Under the pieces are notes generated by a model. It saw only the letters and a list, made by a program, of their open reading frames with translations. It ran no database searches and had not been told where the DNA came from. A program made the position numbers and the translations under genes. From an uncultured Sutterella sp. (lineage in GTDB: Bacteria; Pseudomonadota; Gammaproteobacteria; Burkholderiales; Burkholderiaceae_F), in the NCBI GenBank assembly GCA_946618065.1, contig CAMOKV010000020.1:1-23028 (forward strand): DNA of 23,028 bases, written 5' to 3'. Of the stretch, positions 18,178 to 23,028 are shown in pieces (the first letter of the stretch is position 1; every line of letters starts with the position of its first letter).

Positions 18178-19869
18178 TCAGGCTACGTTTGCCGCCGCGC
18201 CGCCAGAGGCTTCCTGCCCGTGCAGAATATCCTCTCCGTACAGAACAAGATCGTCAGGCAGCAATTCTGCGTAAAGGGCTTTTTCCGGCGCTCGCGCGGT
18301 CCTCACAGCGATGCGCACGCCGGGGTTCATGTCACGAAGAGCTGTGATGATCTCCCGTCCCTTTTCAAACGGCACACCGGAAAGGACGGCGAGGGTCGTC
18401 CTATCGATGTCTGCCTGCTCGATACGACTTCGCTCCGATGTCCTGCCCTCGATCACGCAGATGGCCTGCCCGCCCAGTCTCTCTGACAATTCCGGATTCT
18501 CGGTCAAGAATGTCACAGGCATGCCGGCATGAGACAAAGTCCCGGCCAACTCCATAGCCGCATTGTCGTCACCGACAATGAGTATCTGACTCGGGAGAAC
18601 TTTCTCGACTGAATCACTTTTTTGCTCAGAAGCGTGCCGGCTCGCACTGCTGCGGGCCCAAGTTGAACGCTCAAGTAAAAACCGGTAGACCGGCTCGACC
18701 ACTGCGTACATCAGAGGATTGAGCGCAATGGAAAAAATAGACGCAGCAACGATCATGCTCAGAACATCAGCATCGACCATCCGAAGAGCGATGCCTTGTC
18801 CGACCAGGATGTATGAGAATTCGCCGATCTGCGAAAGGCACGCTCCGATCGTCATGCTCGTCCTGAGCGGATATCTCAGGACGAGAACGGCGAAGGCGGC
18901 AATCATGGCATTGCCAATCATGACGATTCCCAGCACGCAGAGCACATTGAAAGGCTGCTCAAGAAGCACGTGCCAATCCAGCATCATTCCGACGCTCACG
19001 AAAAAGAGCACGGAAAACGCATCCCTCATCGACAGGGAATCCTTCGTCGCTCTCCGGGCAAACCTCGTCTCCTGAACAATGACTCCGGCGAAGAAGGCCC
19101 CCAGGGCGAAACTCACCTCAAACACCGCGGCGGCTACGAATGCAATGCAGATGGCGCAGGCCAGGATCGCAAGCGTAAAGAGTTCCTGAGACTTGGTGTC
19201 CACGATCCACTGCAGCAAAATCGGAATCAGCCTGCGCCCCACGATCAGCATGAGGACGATGAAAGTCATGACGCGCAACAGCGTTTTGCCGATTGTCCAC
19301 GCAATATCTTCGCCGCTTAGAGACGCGCCAGCGTTCACACCGAGGATTTCAGCAATCGGCGGCAACAAAACCAAAATCACGACGGTTGCAATATCCTGGA
19401 AGATCAGCCAGCCCACTGCAATCTGACCTTCCAGAGAAGTAAGCTTGCCGCGCAGTTCAAGAGCCTTGAGCAGCACAACCGTCGATGCGCACGACAGGCT
19501 CAGGCCGAAGATGAGCGAACTTGCCACCGACCAGTCCCAGACAAAGAATGCGAAGCATCCCCAAATCGCCACCGCCGAGACCATCTGCATCAACGCTCCG
19601 GGCACTGCGATCGCTTTGACCCGCATCAGATCCCTGATGGAGAAATGCAACCCGACACCAAACATCAGCAGCATGACGCCAATTTCGGCAAGTTGGCTCG
19701 CCAGCCACATGTCAGCCTGAACAAACTTCGTATAAGGACCGGCGACGATACCGGCGACCAGATAGCCCACGAGCGGGGGGCTCTTGAGCTTTTCGGCCAT
19801 GTAACCGAACACCAAGGCGAGCCCAAAAGCTAAGGAAAAAGTAGTGATGAGGGGCAGGGATGCATGCAT
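18178..19869 (-). CDS. YbaL/KefB-type CPA2 cation:proton antiporter with C-terminal KTN (TrkA-N) domain, paralog 1 (563 aa)
   Basis: N-terminus MHASLPLITTFSLAFGLALVFGYMAEKLKSPPLVGYLVAG...LLMFGVGLHFS aligns closely with E. coli YbaL (MHHATPLITT...SPLVGYLLAG...LLMFGVGLHFS). 12-13 TM helices and a C-terminal Rossmann-like domain. Confidence 0.85.
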   Translation of the reverse strand: MHASLPLITTFSLAFGLALVFGYMAEKLKSPPLVGYLVAGIVAGPYTKFVQADMWLASQLAEIGVMLLMFGVGLHFSIRDLMRVKAIAVPGALMQMVSAVAIWGCFAFFVWDWSVASSLIFGLSLSCASTVVLLKALELRGKLTSLEGQIAVGWLIFQDIATVVILVLLPPIAEILGVNAGASLSGEDIAWTIGKTLLRVMTFIVLMLIVGRRLIPILLQWIVDTKSQELFTLAILACAICIAFVAAAVFEVSFALGAFFAGVIVQETRFARRATKDSLSMRDAFSVLFFVSVGMMLDWHVLLEQPFNVLCVLGIVMIGNAMIAAFAVLVLRYPLRTSMTIGACLSQIGEFSYILVGQGIALRMVDADVLSMIVAASIFSIALNPLMYAVVEPVYRFLLERSTWARSSASRHASEQKSDSVEKVLPSQILIVGDDNAAMELAGTLSHAGMPVTFLTENPELSERLGGQAICVIEGRTSERSRIEQADIDRTTLAVLSGVPFEKGREIITALRDMNPGVRIAVRTARAPEKALYAELLPDDLVLYGEDILHGQEASGGAAANVA

Positions 19870-19918
19870 GTCAAATCAAGCTGTGTCAGGAGCCGTAGCG
19901 CTCTTCTTTGATCTCTTT

Positions 19919-21625
19919 TTAGTCCTCTTGCTCGGCAATCGGCAGGTACTGCTGACGGATCACATTGGCAAGCTGCTCGGCGACCAACTGGTAATCAAGC
20001 AGGACAATGTTCGCCGACGTCTCATCAGCAAAATGTTTTCTGTCCTCTTCATTGTCCACACGCACGACGATGAAGACATTGGGATTGAGTTGCCGGATCT
20101 TCTGGATCGCATCGCCGCCCTCTATGAAGTGCAACCCGGAAATCAGCACGACGCGAGCATTTTCAATATGAGCATTAGCGAGCGTTCCCCGGTCGGTCAT
20201 TTTCCCTTCCACTGCAGTGAACGATGCGGCACGCAGCCGATCAGCCTGCGGCTGGTCCGGCGCAATGCACACGACAGGCAGTCCAGCTTTCATGAAGTCT
20301 CCGGCAAGGCTCTCAGAAACCTCATCGCCGCACTGCAGGACAAGCTGGCTGAGCGGCTCTTTTCTAGGCTTTCGCGATCTGTGAGGATCGTCCCGCATTG
20401 CTGCCGCTCGCGCCCAGGAGAACGTCTGCTGCAGGTGTCTGCTAAGGGGAGCGATGGCAGCAAACATGCAGGGATTTAAAGCAATCGAAAGAATCGATGC
20501 GGCCACGATGAGACTCATCATCTCCGAGCCGACCATTTTCAGGGAAATGCCCTGGGCGGCAAGAATGTAAGAAAACTCGCCGATCTGTGCGAGAGAAGCA
20601 CCGATCGTCAGACTCGAATGAAGCGGATATTTGAGGGAGTTCACAAGGACAATCGCCACAATGGACTTGCCCACCATGATGATGAGCAGGACGCACAACA
20701 CGGTAAGTGGCCGCTCGATCAGGACATGCCAGTCAAGCATCATGCCAACGCCCACGAAGAACAAAACGGCAAATGCGTCCTGAAGCGAAAGCGAATCGAC
20801 GGCAGCACGCTTGGCAAATTTGCTCTCCTGCATCACCACGCCGGCAAAGAAGGCGCCCAGAGCAAAACTCACTTCAAAAATGGCCGATGCTAAAAACGCA
20901 ATTCCGATCGCACAGGCAAGAATCGACAAGGTGAAGAGTTCGCGCGAGCCCGTCTTGATCACAAGCTGCAGCCCCAGAGGGATGAGCCTGCGCCCTACAA
21001 GCAGCATGAGCGCAATGAACGCCACAACGCGAAACACCGTCTCGCCAATCTTGAACACAATGGCCTGCCATCCCAACGGCTCTGCACTGCCAATGCCAAG
21101 GATTTCGGCAACGGGGGGCAACATAACAAGGATCACGACCGTTGCGATGTCCTCGACCACCAGCCATCCCACGGCGATCTGACCGTCCGGAGAATTGAGC
21201 TTGCCGCGCAGTTCGAGCGCCTTGAGCAACACCACCGTAGATGCACACGACAGGCTGAGACCGAAGACCAGCGCGCTGGCAATCGACCAGTTCCACACGT
21301 AAAACGCAAACACACAGCCGAGAACCGTAGCTATCGCCATCTGAAGCACTGCTCCCGGAACTGCCACGCTTTTCACGCGCATCAAATCACGGACGGAAAA
21401 GTGAAGACCGACTCCAAACATCAGCAGCATGACGCCGATTTCAGAAAGCTGACTCGCGAGCCACAGATCGGCAACCGGCCCCCACGTGTAGGGGCCCACG
21501 GCAATGCCGGCAAACAGATAGCCAACAAGAGGAGGACTCTTCAGCCGTTCCGCAATGTAACCGAACACCAGCGCCAGACCGAACGCAAGTGCAAATGTTG
21601 TAATCAGGGGAAGAGATGCATGCAT
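19919..21625 (-). CDS. YbaL/KefB-type CPA2 antiporter with C-terminal KTN domain, paralog 2 (568 aa)
   Basis: ATG at 21625 gives MHASLPLITTFALAFGLALVFGYIAERLKSPPLVGYLFAG... About 70% identical by eye to paralog 1 across the membrane domain, with a diverged C-terminal domain. The ORF-track 35-aa N-terminal extension was rejected because both paralogs share the MHAS start. Confidence 0.85.
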   Translation of the reverse strand: MHASLPLITTFALAFGLALVFGYIAERLKSPPLVGYLFAGIAVGPYTWGPVADLWLASQLSEIGVMLLMFGVGLHFSVRDLMRVKSVAVPGAVLQMAIATVLGCVFAFYVWNWSIASALVFGLSLSCASTVVLLKALELRGKLNSPDGQIAVGWLVVEDIATVVILVMLPPVAEILGIGSAEPLGWQAIVFKIGETVFRVVAFIALMLLVGRRLIPLGLQLVIKTGSRELFTLSILACAIGIAFLASAIFEVSFALGAFFAGVVMQESKFAKRAAVDSLSLQDAFAVLFFVGVGMMLDWHVLIERPLTVLCVLLIIMVGKSIVAIVLVNSLKYPLHSSLTIGASLAQIGEFSYILAAQGISLKMVGSEMMSLIVAASILSIALNPCMFAAIAPLSRHLQQTFSWARAAAMRDDPHRSRKPRKEPLSQLVLQCGDEVSESLAGDFMKAGLPVVCIAPDQPQADRLRAASFTAVEGKMTDRGTLANAHIENARVVLISGLHFIEGGDAIQKIRQLNPNVFIVVRVDNEEDRKHFADETSANIVLLDYQLVAEQLANVIRQQYLPIAEQED

Positions 21626-21649
21626 TCTGACGACTGACCGGGAAACTTG

Positions 21650-21678
21650 AGTATCAAACTGCGCTGGACAAAGGCAAA
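21650..21678 (-). promoter_or_regulatory. Candidate sigma70 promoter for ybaL paralog 2 (TTTGCC-17 nt-GATACT on the minus strand)
   Basis: -35 at 21678-21673 and -10 at 21655-21650, with 17-nt spacing, about 25 nt upstream of the ATG. Hexamers found by eye only. Confidence 0.25.
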
Positions 21679-21829
21679 CGAACTTTTGGGCGGCGTAGCT
21701 AATCATGTACAGGCAAAGGAGCAAACACACAACCGACCGTTCGCACCTTCGCCCTGTTTTGTTATGAATTATGCGCGAGGAATTCGGGTTTTCCTAGGGG
21801 AAAATCTAAAAATAATGTCTCAGTCCACA

Positions 21830-23028
21830 CTATCGGTTCGGCCATGCCTCGTCGGGGAGCAAAATTCCGGGGTTCATGATTCCCTTGGGATCCAGAGCCT
21901 TCTTGATCGCCACCATCACGGCCAATTCCGCCGGATTCTTCAGTTTGAGAAAATGGGCCCGCTTCAGCCTGCCGATACCATGCTCGGCCGAAATCGACCC
22001 GTTGTGCGCCGCCACCCGCTCGTAGACGATTTCACGGATGCCCTCTTCATTTTCAAAGGCGAGCTGATACGGAATCGAACCGATATTGAAGTGCAGGTTG
22101 CCGTCCCCCAGGTGTCCGTACACGGAAGGATCCAGCCACGCATACTTGGCATACAGCCGCTCGAGCGTTTCATCCACGAAGTCTGGAATCTCACTGATCT
22201 GGATGCTCACGTCATTGTGCAGATTGTTGCCCACATGAGCGTCAGCGCTCGGAATGGATTCGCGAATCGACCAGATGGCTCGGTTTTCCTTAACCGAATT
22301 GGCAATCACAGCATCGACGACTAGCCCTTCCTCAAAGGCCTTCTCAAGAATCGTCTCAAATGGGTTGACTTCCGGTTCACGCGGATAACTAAGCTCGACA
22401 AGGCACCACCAAGGGGCGGAGGACACATCGGCTGTGACATGTACGGCCGGGATCTCCTTGGCAACCCGCTCGATGCATTTTCTCATCATGAGCTCAAAAC
22501 CGGTCACTGCGGAACCGGTTTCGCTCTTTAATCTTGCAAGCAACTGAGCCGCCTTATGAGCATCCTCAACGCCGATCAACGCTACATAGATCGCCTGCGG
22601 GATCGGGAAGAGCTTCACGACGGCCCGCGTGATCACGCCCAGCGTTCCTTCACTGGCAAGAAACAGATGTTTGAGGTCATAGCCTGTATTGTCCTTGCGC
22701 AAGCCGCGCAGCATATTGATGACGGTGCCGTCGGCAAGAACAACCTCCAAACCAAGGACCAGTTCACGCGTGTTGCCGTAGCGCAGAACCGCCGTACCGC
22801 CGGCATTGGTCGCAAGACAGCCACCCAGGCACGCCGTGCCCTGCGCGGCAAAACTGAGAGGAAAGAGTCTGCCGGCATCCCGCGCCGCAGCCTGAGCCTT
22901 CTCAAGCACCACCCCTGCCTCCACAAGCATCGTGTCATTGATGGGATCAATGTTCTCGACCTTGTTCATGCGCGTAAGCGACAGCACGATGGATCGTCCC
23001 GAATCATCAGGAACGCTGCCGCCGACCA
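21830..23028 (-). CDS. FAD-linked oxidase (GlcD / D-2-hydroxyacid dehydrogenase family), C-terminal about 400 aa; N-terminus lies beyond the right edge
   Basis: The frame stays open to the window edge (…VGGSVPDDSGRSIVLSLTRMNKVENIDPINDTMLVEAGV…). PCMH-type FAD-binding segment, then the FAD-oxidase C-terminal domain (…GDGNLHFN…ISAEHGIGRLKR…). Confidence 0.8.
   Translation of the reverse strand, partial: VGGSVPDDSGRSIVLSLTRMNKVENIDPINDTMLVEAGVVLEKAQAAARDAGRLFPLSFAAQGTACLGGCLATNAGGTAVLRYGNTRELVLGLEVVLADGTVINMLRGLRKDNTGYDLKHLFLASEGTLGVITRAVVKLFPIPQAIYVALIGVEDAHKAAQLLARLKSETGSAVTGFELMMRKCIERVAKEIPAVHVTADVSSAPWWCLVELSYPREPEVNPFETILEKAFEEGLVVDAVIANSVKENRAIWSIRESIPSADAHVGNNLHNDVSIQISEIPDFVDETLERLYAKYAWLDPSVYGHLGDGNLHFNIGSIPYQLAFENEEGIREIVYERVAAHNGSISAEHGIGRLKRAHFLKLKNPAELAVMVAIKKALDPKGIMNPGILLPDEAWPNR

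Noticed and set aside
21626-21730. 35-aa N-terminal extension of ybaL paralog 2
   Set aside because: Both paralogs and E. coli YbaL start with MH(A/H)… immediately before the first TM helix. The extension is Cys/Leu-rich and has no counterpart in paralog 1.
1-23028. tRNA, rRNA, CRISPR, IS element or phage features
   Set aside because: No direct-repeat arrays, no terminal inverted repeats with a transposase-like ORF, and no intergenic region long enough (beyond the 181-bp and 213-bp spacers examined) to hold an RNA gene. None was seen.

Overview
High-GC proteobacterial chromosomal segment, probably betaproteobacterial. Every supported gene is on the minus strand, so transcription runs from high to low coordinates. 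About 13 kb is a conserved housekeeping block: rlmD, ndk, rlmN, rodZ, ispG, hisS, yfgM, bamB, der, hfq, hflX, hflK, hflC. That is the E. coli ndk-to-der gene order joined to the der-hfq-hflXKC arrangement common in betaproteobacteria. Upstream of it lie a surE-nlpD pair without pcm and an accessory stretch. The accessory stretch holds two tandem paralogous YbaL/KefB-type CPA2 antiporters whose C-terminal KTN domains have lost the GxGxxG motif, an NfeD-SPFH (stomatin-like) pair, and a tightly coupled three-gene cassette of unrecognised small proteins (orfA/orfB/orfC, 15171-16676). Two of the three cassette proteins are paralogs and one carries an N-terminal Cys cluster. A partial GlcD-type FAD-linked oxidase gene runs off the right edge. 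The cassette and its physical attachment to the NfeD/SPFH/antiporter genes is the best candidate for an undescribed system. No tRNA or rRNA genes, CRISPR arrays or IS elements were seen. The long plus-strand ORFs are antisense artefacts. ORF-track coordinates include the stop codon and allow TTG/GTG starts, so several starts were re-derived by hand.
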